This document shows, one piece after another, positions 19,781 through 28,190 of a stretch of DNA of 64,000 nucleotides. Origin of the DNA: Candidatus Gastranaerophilales bacterium (GTDB lineage Bacteria > Cyanobacteriota > Vampirovibrionia > Gastranaerophilales > Gastranaerophilaceae); contig CANPYW010000008.1 of NCBI GenBank assembly GCA_947588745.1, positions 446 through 64,445 of the forward strand, given 5' to 3'. The notes under the pieces are model-generated. The model was not told where the DNA came from. It worked only from the letters and a program-made list of their open reading frames with translations, and searched no databases. The translations under genes were made by a program, and so were the position numbers. The first letter of the stretch is position 1; every line of letters starts with the position of its first letter.

Positions 19781-20515
19781 TTATTTTACACCGTATCTTG
19801 CTTTTGCCCATGGATATTCAAGCTTGATTTTCCAATCATCTTGAAATATCAAAGAAGAACAATAATTACCATTTTTTGTACTGTTACAGTTATTTTCGTT
19901 ATTGTCGGAAATTAATTCCTTCCTTGAATACTCATGCCCGTATGGGAAAAATCTGCCTACATAAGAGGGATTTTCATCATTTTGAATCCAATACTCGAAC
20001 ATAAAAATATCACGTGCAACAACATTTAAATGTTTTTTTCCGTTTGTATCAACATAAAAATACAAAACCTTATACATTGGATTAACCATAGCCTGCATAG
20101 CTATAAACATGCCATTATTAAGATAAAATCTAGTCCAAGTTGAATTTAAAGACTTTTCATCACCATTTAACTCTTTAAAACTAAAATCACATTTTTCAGA
20201 AGTAGAATTTTTACAATCTTTTAATATAATTAGCTGAGGTTTTAAGTAAGATTCAAATACATCATTAGAAACAGTTTCCGAAAAATTATCCGAAACATCC
20301 CAATCATAAGGAGAACCATTTTTCGCTATTGAAGCATTAAACGCCTGAGTTAATAATGAATATACACTTTTTATTTTAACAGCAGTTTGATTTTTCTTTA
20401 AATCAGCGAAAAAGACACCTATACATAATATAAATACTATTCCTATAATAGACAATACAAGCATTGTTTCCATTAATGCCGCACCTATTTTTATATTTAG
20501 TTTCTTTTTTTGCAT
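19781..20515 (-). CDS. Type IV pilin-like / pseudopilin protein (prepilin-type N-terminal methylation motif)
   Basis: ORF 20527 (GTG) trimmed to ATG 20515. MQKKKLNIKIG|AALMETMLVLSIIGIV matches the G|FTLIELMIVIAIIGIL prepilin consensus (L3, E5, M7, V9, IIGI). Followed by a ~200 aa globular domain with 4 Cys. Confidence 0.6.
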   Translation of the reverse strand: MQKKKLNIKIGAALMETMLVLSIIGIVFILCIGVFFADLKKNQTAVKIKSVYSLLTQAFNASIAKNGSPYDWDVSDNFSETVSNDVFESYLKPQLIILKDCKNSTSEKCDFSFKELNGDEKSLNSTWTRFYLNNGMFIAMQAMVNPMYKVLYFYVDTNGKKHLNVVARDIFMFEYWIQNDENPSYVGRFFPYGHEYSRKELISDNNENNCNSTKNGNYCSSLIFQDDWKIKLEYPWAKARYGVK

Positions 20516-20535
20516 AGATTTATACACAATTCCAA

Positions 20536-21420
20536 TTATTTTAGATAATTATTTAAAACCGAAAACAAATCTTTTTTTTCTTCATCATCTAAAATAACCA
20601 ACGGTTTTCGTACATATTCCTTAATAATTCCCATTTTTGCAAGTGCTGCTTTAACAGGAACCGGATTAGGGGCCATAAAAAGCTTTCTAAACAAAGGATA
20701 CAAATATAAATGCGTTTTCAATGCGTCTTGATTTTTGCCTGATTTAAAATAATTTATCATTTTTTTCATATCAAGCCCTATAATGTGAGAAGCAACACTT
20801 ATTACGCCATTTGCCCCCAAAGACATCATAGGTATAGTAAGACTGTCATCACCAGAATATATAATAAAATCTTCAGGACACAAATTTTTTAAATCACTAA
20901 TTAAATCTAAATCGGAATTACTTTGCTTTAATGCAACAATATTTTTAAAGTTTGAAGCAAGTTCTGCAACCGTTTTTGGCTGCATATTAACGCCTGTTCG
21001 TCCGGGAATATTATATAATATAATAGGTAAATCAACGGACTTTGCAATAGATGAAAAATGCTCATACATCCCTTTTTGAGATGGTTTATTATAATAAGGA
21101 ACTACAGTAAGTATTGCATCTGCACCTAATTTTTGAGCTTTTATTGAAGACTCAACCGCTGTTTGAGTGGAATTCGAACCGGCACCCATTATTATTTTAA
21201 CCCGTCCTGCCGCAATCTTTTTTACAAATAAGAACAATGCGGTTTCTTCATCATGCGATAAAGTAGGAGTCTCACCGGTCGTACCAGCAACAAGGATTGC
21301 ATCCGTTCCGGTTTCAATCAAATGATTAATCAACTTTTCAAGAGAAATATAATCTATGCTTAAATCCTCATTAAAAGGAGTTATCATCGCCGTTATTATC
21401 TCACCCGCATCATATCTCAT
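20536..21420 (-). CDS. dapA: 4-hydroxy-tetrahydrodipicolinate synthase
   Basis: 294 aa. ITAMITPF, VAGTTGE, YNKP, LYNIPGRTG and VALKQS (catalytic Lys context). Confidence 0.92.
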   Translation of the reverse strand: MRYDAGEIITAMITPFNEDLSIDYISLEKLINHLIETGTDAILVAGTTGETPTLSHDEETALFLFVKKIAAGRVKIIMGAGSNSTQTAVESSIKAQKLGADAILTVVPYYNKPSQKGMYEHFSSIAKSVDLPIILYNIPGRTGVNMQPKTVAELASNFKNIVALKQSNSDLDLISDLKNLCPEDFIIYSGDDSLTIPMMSLGANGVISVASHIIGLDMKKMINYFKSGKNQDALKTHLYLYPLFRKLFMAPNPVPVKAALAKMGIIKEYVRKPLVILDDEEKKDLFSVLNNYLK

Positions 21421-21433
21421 TTCGTTACTCTCC

Positions 21434-22450
21434 TTAAAATACCTGCATGTCTATGACTTTTTCCGCAATTCTTACGGTATTTAATGCAGCCCCTATTCTC
21501 AAATTATCAGCTACACACCAAAATGTTATTGCGTTATCAAATGCAATATCTTTTCTTATCCTTCCAACATAAACAGGATTTGTTCCCGCAGCCTCAACCG
21601 CAGTCGGGAATTCATACGCTTCAGGATTATCAATAACCTTTACACCCCAGGCTTGATTAAGTAATTCTCTTACTTTTTCGGGTGTAATTGTTTTTTCAAA
21701 CTCCACAGTAACAGCCTCTGAATGACCTATAAATACTGGCACTCTGACTGCCGTACATGAAATAGGCGTATCAGGTTTTAAATGAAGTATTTTTCTTGTT
21801 TCGTTTGTTACCTTCATTTCTTCCTTCGTATAGCCGTTTTCACAAAATACATCTATTTGCGGAATACAATTATAGGCAATTGGCTTTTTAAATACTTTAT
21901 TTTGAAAGGTTTTACCGTCATTTACGGCAATTGTATTTTCTTTTAGCTCATTTATTGCAGCAAGCCCTGCCCCAGATACGGACTGATATGTACTTACTAT
22001 CATCCTTTTTATAACAGCAAAGTCATGTAACGGTTTTAACACAAGCATTAACTGAGAAGTAGAACAATTAGGATTTGCGATTATTCCCTTGTGAGTTCTT
22101 ATATCTTCATCATTTACACCTGCAATAACTAAAGGTACATCCTTTTCCATTCTAAAAGCACTAGAATTATCAATATATACGCACCCTCTTTTAACCGCTT
22201 CTTTTGCTAATGCCAAACTTGTTGAACCGCCGGCTGAGGCAAGCACAATATTTATTCCTTCAAAAGCCTCAGGAACTGCTTCCAGCACTGTATATTTCTT
22301 TCCTTTAAATTCTATTTCTTTACCGGCACTTTTCTTACTTGCAAGAAACTTTATATCTTCGTATACAACATTATTTTCTTCCAAAATTTTTAAAATATTG
22401 CGACCAACAACACCTGTTGCACCCAATACACCTAATACCGGTTTTTTCAT
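21434..22450 (-). CDS. asd: Aspartate-semialdehyde dehydrogenase
   Basis: 338 aa. GATGVVG, IANPNCSTS (catalytic Cys), YQSVSGAG and VPVFIGHS. Confidence 0.92.
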   Translation of the reverse strand: MKKPVLGVLGATGVVGRNILKILEENNVVYEDIKFLASKKSAGKEIEFKGKKYTVLEAVPEAFEGINIVLASAGGSTSLALAKEAVKRGCVYIDNSSAFRMEKDVPLVIAGVNDEDIRTHKGIIANPNCSTSQLMLVLKPLHDFAVIKRMIVSTYQSVSGAGLAAINELKENTIAVNDGKTFQNKVFKKPIAYNCIPQIDVFCENGYTKEEMKVTNETRKILHLKPDTPISCTAVRVPVFIGHSEAVTVEFEKTITPEKVRELLNQAWGVKVIDNPEAYEFPTAVEAAGTNPVYVGRIRKDIAFDNAITFWCVADNLRIGAALNTVRIAEKVIDMQVF

Positions 22451-22540
22451 ATTTCCCTCACCTTTACTATTAAATGATTATCAAATATATTTATTATTCG
22501 CACAAATTATACACATTTGTTAATGTTTGAACGAACCAAA

Positions 22541-23500
22541 TTAATCTGATTTTAAATTTAAAGCTTTTACTAAGCCCATAGCAACATCATGGAATGCTGC
22601 ACCGTTTGGATGTTCTTTATCTTCGGGTATTCTCCATTTTTCACTTTCTAACTCATGACCTGCTAATTTTTCAGCATCAAAAATTAAGAAATCGTTAGCT
22701 TTTAATTTTTTCATTAACTCATCTGGCATTAACAAATGGCCGCCGTCTTTATAATCTATAATAATGAACTTTGCACCAGGATAACGTTCTGCAGCCATGT
22801 GTCTTGCTAGTACAAACAAATCATACATTACATCAGGAGCTTTTTTATCATTAAATTTTGAAGCATATAAATAGTAGAACGCTTTAACTGAATACAAACT
22901 TTTAAAGAATAAATTAAGTTTTGAATACTTTTTAAATTTAACATGCTCATTTTCAATCTCATATTTAGGATTAACTTCATAATAAGGATTATCAGCACTG
23001 CGAATTATTCTTCTGTACGGTACAACAACTCTATTTAAGTGATCGGTTATAAACATGAATATAACATACTTAGGTTTAGGAACTTTTTTCATATAATTGT
23101 AAAATTCCGGATTTTCCATTGTATCAATCGCATCTACTATACTTCCTCCCGGGAAAGCTCTATTGACAGTTGTTATTCCTGTTTCTTTTGCTACTATGTA
23201 AGGAATGGTATTTTCATATTTTTCCTTATAACCATACATATATGAGCATCCGAAAAATATTATACTTTCATCTCTATCGCCTTTTGTTGTCGGACGGAAT
23301 TGCTCAGACCTTAAATCAACGTGAAAAACTCTTACAGGTGCATATTTTAAAGACCAGGTCGGAAGCTTATTTTGTTTTGCGAAATTATTTACATCAGTCA
23401 AATAATCTCCAACTTTATTTCTTAAGTAAATATAAGAAGCACCTTCAACAATTCCAAATAACAACAATAAAATCAACAAATTTACTAAAATTTTCTTCAT
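22541..23500 (-). CDS. Secreted or membrane-anchored SGNH/GDSL-like hydrolase (putative)
   Basis: 319 aa. N-terminal hydrophobic helix. Block I-like IIFFGCSYMYG (Ser nucleophile context) and C-terminal block V-like EDKEHPNGAAFHDVA (DxxH). Confidence 0.45.
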   Translation of the reverse strand: MKKILVNLLILLLLFGIVEGASYIYLRNKVGDYLTDVNNFAKQNKLPTWSLKYAPVRVFHVDLRSEQFRPTTKGDRDESIIFFGCSYMYGYKEKYENTIPYIVAKETGITTVNRAFPGGSIVDAIDTMENPEFYNYMKKVPKPKYVIFMFITDHLNRVVVPYRRIIRSADNPYYEVNPKYEIENEHVKFKKYSKLNLFFKSLYSVKAFYYLYASKFNDKKAPDVMYDLFVLARHMAAERYPGAKFIIIDYKDGGHLLMPDELMKKLKANDFLIFDAEKLAGHELESEKWRIPEDKEHPNGAAFHDVAMGLVKALNLKSD

Positions 23501-23501
23501 T

Positions 23502-24935
23502 TTACTTTCCTTTATATCTTAAATCGGGTTTTCTTGCAGCAAGAACTTCATCTGCCTTTTTAATAGGTGTACTTTGGGGTGATTTTAAAACTTCTTGCGG
23601 ATTTTGCTTTATTTCTTCCGAAATATTAATCATCGCAGCAATAAAATCATCAAGCCTTTCTTTTGTTTCAGATTCAGTCGGTTCAATCATAATTGCCTCA
23701 TGAACTATTAACGGAAAATATATTGTAGGAGGATGAAAATTATAATCCATCAACCTTTTTGCAATGGCTAATGTATTCACACCCATTTCTTTCTGATGTT
23801 CGCCTGATAAAACAAACTCATGCATACATTTTCTGTCATAAGGTAGATTATAATATTTTTTTAATTTATTCATCATATAATTAGCATTTAAAACAGCATT
23901 TGAACTTACGTCTTTTAACTCTTTTCCCATCAACAAAATATAAGCATAAGCCTTTACAAGCACAGAAAAATTACCGTAAAACGCCTTGACTTTTCCGATT
24001 GAATGCCGTAAATTATAATTTCTTCTGTAATTTCCATCAACATATCCAATTGAAGGAACAGGCAAATACTCTTTTAATTTTTCAACAACCATTACTGGGC
24101 CGGCACCCGGACCGCCGCCGCCATGCGGAGTCGAAAATGTTTTATGTAAATTCATGTGAACTATATCAAATCCCATTAATCGTGGATTTGTATGCCCCAT
24201 TACGGCATTCATGTTAGCACCATCATAATACAGTAAACCGCCCGCTTTATGAACAATTTCGGAAATTTCCAAAATATTTTCTTCAAACAGACCTAAAGTA
24301 TTCGGATTTGTTAACATTATTGCCGCCGTTTTCTCGTCTACGACAGATATTAATTCTTCAATATCAACAAGCCCTTTTTCATTTGACTTGACTTCAATTA
24401 TTTTAAATCCACACATAGCAGCACTTGCAGGATTTGTACCATGTGCCGAATCGGGAATTATAACATTTGTTCTTTCTTCTCCGATTGTTTCAAAATATTT
24501 TTTTACAATCATCATGCCTGTAAGCTCGCCGTGAGCACCTGCTGCAGGCATTAATGAAACGGCATCCATTCCGCTTATCTTTTTAAGAGCTTCCTGCAAA
24601 TTGTACATCAATTTTAAAGCCCCCTGGCAATCAAAATCATCCTGAAGCGGATGAAGTTCAATAAAGCCTTCCAACGATGATAAAAGTTCATTAACTTTAG
24701 GATTATATTTCATAGTGCAAGAACCTAAAGGATAAAAACCTTTTTCTATACAAAAATTTTTATCGGAAAGTTCTTTATAATGACGCATAACTTCTAATTC
24801 AGATATATTAGGCAAAATAGAACTTGTTTGTTCGCTTAAATATTTTTTATCCAAAAAATCAAAATCGACATGTTCATCTGTTATATTAATTCCGTTTAAA
24901 TCATCCGATGTTTTTTCAAAAATCAACCTCGTCAT
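23502..24935 (-). CDS. gcvPB: Glycine dehydrogenase (decarboxylating) subunit 2 (P-protein beta)
   Basis: ORF start 24947 trimmed to ATG 24935 (GAGGGA upstream; MTRLIFEK... matches the usual LIFE start). Contains GSCTMKYNPK, HGTNPASA and NLHKTFSTPHGGGGPG (PLP-Lys). Confidence 0.9.
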   Translation of the reverse strand: MTRLIFEKTSDDLNGINITDEHVDFDFLDKKYLSEQTSSILPNISELEVMRHYKELSDKNFCIEKGFYPLGSCTMKYNPKVNELLSSLEGFIELHPLQDDFDCQGALKLMYNLQEALKKISGMDAVSLMPAAGAHGELTGMMIVKKYFETIGEERTNVIIPDSAHGTNPASAAMCGFKIIEVKSNEKGLVDIEELISVVDEKTAAIMLTNPNTLGLFEENILEISEIVHKAGGLLYYDGANMNAVMGHTNPRLMGFDIVHMNLHKTFSTPHGGGGPGAGPVMVVEKLKEYLPVPSIGYVDGNYRRNYNLRHSIGKVKAFYGNFSVLVKAYAYILLMGKELKDVSSNAVLNANYMMNKLKKYYNLPYDRKCMHEFVLSGEHQKEMGVNTLAIAKRLMDYNFHPPTIYFPLIVHEAIMIEPTESETKERLDDFIAAMINISEEIKQNPQEVLKSPQSTPIKKADEVLAARKPDLRYKGK

Positions 24936-24960
24936 TATATCCCTCATAATCCCTTTTAAT

Positions 24961-25575
24961 TTATTGGTTTAGCTGTTCGCAAGCATACTGTGCTCTTTTT
25001 GTTATTTGTGCATAATTAGCATCTTTATACAAATCACGACCTATTCCTACCGCTTTTACACCTGCTTTAATATACGACGGAATATCATTTAATTTTATAC
25101 TTCCCGCTGCAATTACGTTTAAGAATTTCATAGGCCGCAATAAATCTTCTATATATACAGCCCCTCCCATCGGATTAGCGGGAGATATTTTTATTAAAGG
25201 TGTTCTGGATTTCCAGGCACTGTATGCTTCGTTTGGTGTCGTAGCAGTCATTATTAAAGGAGTTTTTCTATCCTGACAAAACTTTACCAAATTCATCTGT
25301 AATATAGGTGATACAATTACATCACACCCTGCATTTATTGCTATTTCTGCCTGTCTTTGAGTTATTATTCCACCGCCTAATATTAACGGATTATATTCTT
25401 TATTGTTTTTAATTTCCTTTATTACATTTACTATTTCAGGAGTTTCAATAACTATTTCGACAATTTTTATTCCACCTTCATACAATGCTTTAATCTTATT
25501 TTTTACATTTTCAGGTTCCTGCATTCTTAATACGGCAAAAATTCTTTCTGTCTCTATTCTGTTTAAAGGGTTCAT
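24961..25575 (-). CDS. KDPG / KHG aldolase family protein (Eda-like)
   Basis: 204 aa. IFAVLRM, GGIKIVEIVIETP, GGGIITQRQAEIAINAGCDVIVSP, TPNEAYSAW and IKISPANPMGG (Schiff-base Lys context). Confidence 0.7.
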   Translation of the reverse strand: MNPLNRIETERIFAVLRMQEPENVKNKIKALYEGGIKIVEIVIETPEIVNVIKEIKNNKEYNPLILGGGIITQRQAEIAINAGCDVIVSPILQMNLVKFCQDRKTPLIMTATTPNEAYSAWKSRTPLIKISPANPMGGAVYIEDLLRPMKFLNVIAAGSIKLNDIPSYIKAGVKAVGIGRDLYKDANYAQITKRAQYACEQLNQ

Positions 25576-25576
25576 T

Positions 25577-26473
25577 TTATCTCTTTCTTAACTTCAACAA
25601 ATTTTGTATGAAAATATTTTCTATTTTTTCCTCGTTATTAACATGCAATAATGCATTCAAATCTTCTTTAAACTTAGATATATCTTCATATTTTTTTAAT
25701 ATTCCGTCTATTGCAATAGAAATATCTCCAGTTTCTTCGGAAACTACAATACAGGCAGAATCCGATATTTCACTTGCACCTATTGCTGCTCTATGTCTTG
25801 TTCCGTATCTCCAGCTCAATTTAGGGTCTTCCGTTAACGGCAACAAAACACCGGCAGCAAGAATTTTATCCCCATGAATTACCATAGCTCCGTCGTGCAA
25901 AGGTGTATTAGGGAAAAATATCGTTAATATTAACTCCGTTGATATATCCGCATTAATAGTTGTTCCAACCTCATTATAAAAAGAGGAATCCTCATCTTTT
26001 TGAAGAACTATTAACGCTCCTCTTTTAACTCTGCTGCAATATTTTACAGCTTCCGTTATTTCTTTTACAACATTAGTCTTATTTTCTGTATTTTCTCTTT
26101 TAAAACTAAAGAAATTTTTCGCAAAAAAGTTCGTTTGTCCCAAATGAACCAATAATTTACGTAATTCTGGCTGAAACACAATTACTAATGATAACAGAAT
26201 ACCGGTTAATAAATACTGTGCTATCTGACCCAACACCCTGAATTCAAGTGCAATAAGAACCCCGGATACAATCCACGCCGTAATTATAAACAGCAAAATA
26301 CCTCTAACTAATTTTTCAGCCTGAGTATTTTTTATAAACCTTATGTAAAAATAACAAACAATTAATATTACAATAAGAACCTGTGCAAAATCTTTCATGG
26401 TAAATGTTGCAAAGTTCATTATCGCATCTTTTGCAAAAAAATTTTCATATAAATTCAATATTGCATCAATCAT
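25577..26473 (-). CDS. cdaA: Diadenylate cyclase CdaA (DisA_N/DAC domain, membrane-anchored)
   Basis: 298 aa. Three N-terminal TM helices, then GALIVLQ, PLHDGAMVI and YGTRHRAAIGASE. Confidence 0.88.
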   Translation of the reverse strand: MIDAILNLYENFFAKDAIMNFATFTMKDFAQVLIVILIVCYFYIRFIKNTQAEKLVRGILLFIITAWIVSGVLIALEFRVLGQIAQYLLTGILLSLVIVFQPELRKLLVHLGQTNFFAKNFFSFKRENTENKTNVVKEITEAVKYCSRVKRGALIVLQKDEDSSFYNEVGTTINADISTELILTIFFPNTPLHDGAMVIHGDKILAAGVLLPLTEDPKLSWRYGTRHRAAIGASEISDSACIVVSEETGDISIAIDGILKKYEDISKFKEDLNALLHVNNEEKIENIFIQNLLKLRKR

Positions 26474-27806
26474 CTGCTGTTTTGTTCAATCTAGCGGGTA
26501 CTACATCTGATTCACATAACTGTTCATAAGTTTGTCTATTTATTATAATATCAGATTTTCCATTATTTACAAGTAGTGCTGAAGGTCTTAACACTCTGTT
26601 ATAATTACTCGACATAGAATACCCGTATGCACCTGTCGTATAAAAACACAAGATATCACCTTCATAAATTTCAGGTAATTCTATATCTTTAGCCAAAATA
26701 TCACCAGATTCACAATGTTTACCGGCAATTGTTACAATCTCATTGTTTCTTCCGTTTGCATTATTGGCTATTTCGACCGTATATTCAGCTTGATACAAAC
26801 TAGGTCTTGCATTATCAGACATTCCTCCGTCAACGGCTCTGTATTTTCTGCCATTCGGCACTTGCTTTGAACTTCCTGCAGTATATATTGTAACCCCCGC
26901 AGTTCCGACTATACTTCTTCCAGGTTCAATATACAAAACAGGTTCTTCAAGTTCATATTTTTTGGTATGTTCTTCTACGGATTTTATTATCACTTCCGCT
27001 ATTTCATAAATAGAAATCGGTTTATCATCTTTTGTATATTTAATTCCGAGCCCGCCGCCTATATTTGCCTCTTTTAAAGTAATACCGAATTTATCTTTAA
27101 TACGTTTTATTTCCTTTAAAATTACACCAATTTCATCATAATAGACCTGCTTTTCAAATATTTGTGAACCTATATGAGCATGAAGCCCCGCAAGTTCAAG
27201 ATTACTGTATTCATCTTTTAAAAGTTCCAAAACTTCATCAGTCTGTGATAAATCGAAACCGAATTTAGAATCTAAATGTCCTGTTTGTATATACTCATGC
27301 GTGTGACATTCAATTCCGGGAGTTATTCTCAACAATATTTTTACTTTTTTATTATGAGATTTAGCACAGTTATTCAAAAGAGCCAGTTCAAAAAAATTAT
27401 CGACGGAAAATCTTTCTATACCGCATTCAATAGCATAATTTATCTCATCGTAAGATTTATTATTTCCGTTAAATAATGTTTTTGACATATCAAAACCGGA
27501 TGATTTTGCCGTATATATTTCACCTCCGGAGCATAAATCAAGCCCAAAATTTTCCTGCTGCATGATTTTGCAAATTGCCTTAGTCATAAATGCCTTTGCA
27601 GCAAACATCATATTCATTTTCGGATAATTTTTAAAGGCTTTTTTATAGTCATTTAATACTGAACGTATTGTTGCTTCATCATAAATATACAGCGGAGTAC
27701 CGTATTTATCGGCAAGCTCAGTTAAATCACATCCGCCTATTTCAATATTACCTTTTTCATTTATTTTCGTCGTTACAGGCTTTATACTCTGATTTGCAGT
27801 TTTCAT
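26466..27806 (-). CDS. lysA: Diaminopimelate decarboxylase
   Basis: 446 aa. TPLYIYDE, FAAKAF (PLP-Lys), HAHIGSQ, IGGGLGI, EPGRSIVG, CESGD and GAYGYSMSSNYN. The stop overlaps the cdaA start by 8 nt. Confidence 0.92.
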   Translation of the reverse strand: MKTANQSIKPVTTKINEKGNIEIGGCDLTELADKYGTPLYIYDEATIRSVLNDYKKAFKNYPKMNMMFAAKAFMTKAICKIMQQENFGLDLCSGGEIYTAKSSGFDMSKTLFNGNNKSYDEINYAIECGIERFSVDNFFELALLNNCAKSHNKKVKILLRITPGIECHTHEYIQTGHLDSKFGFDLSQTDEVLELLKDEYSNLELAGLHAHIGSQIFEKQVYYDEIGVILKEIKRIKDKFGITLKEANIGGGLGIKYTKDDKPISIYEIAEVIIKSVEEHTKKYELEEPVLYIEPGRSIVGTAGVTIYTAGSSKQVPNGRKYRAVDGGMSDNARPSLYQAEYTVEIANNANGRNNEIVTIAGKHCESGDILAKDIELPEIYEGDILCFYTTGAYGYSMSSNYNRVLRPSALLVNNGKSDIIINRQTYEQLCESDVVPARLNKTADD

Positions 27807-27852
27807 GCCATCTCCCTCGTTTTAATTATTTTAACATAAATATCCGGAGATT

Positions 27853-28128
27853 TTATAAAATAGCACGTCCATCATACATATATTTTGTACGTTCATACTC
27901 AGATTCTGCGTAATCTTTGTATTCTTTTTCTTTTTCAAATTGAGTTGACTGTTCTCTTGGTTCAATAAATGGCTGACTTTTATCTTTTCTTTTCCAATTT
28001 ATTTTAAACCCGTCCAAAAGTCCGTATTCAGTTTCTGTTTTATATGTTCCGATGTTAACGGCAAAACAAGGTGCAGTATACATAAACATTAATATTGATA
28101 ATATCAGTAATGAAATATACTTTTTCAT
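27853..28128 (-). CDS. Small secreted protein (91 aa), function unknown
   Basis: Signal peptide MKKYISLLILSILMFMYTAPCFA|VN. SD GGAGG upstream. Charged Lys/Glu/Tyr-rich mature part. Confidence 0.45.
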   Translation of the reverse strand: MKKYISLLILSILMFMYTAPCFAVNIGTYKTETEYGLLDGFKINWKRKDKSQPFIEPREQSTQFEKEKEYKDYAESEYERTKYMYDGRAIL

Positions 28129-28190
28129 ATTTTTCCTCCAAGGTACTTATATTTTACAATATTTTAATTTATTTATTCAATACATTATAT

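Noticed and set aside
21169-21180. GGAATTCGAACC, resembling a tRNA T-arm
   Set aside because: It lies inside the dapA coding frame with no acceptor or anticodon stems around it.
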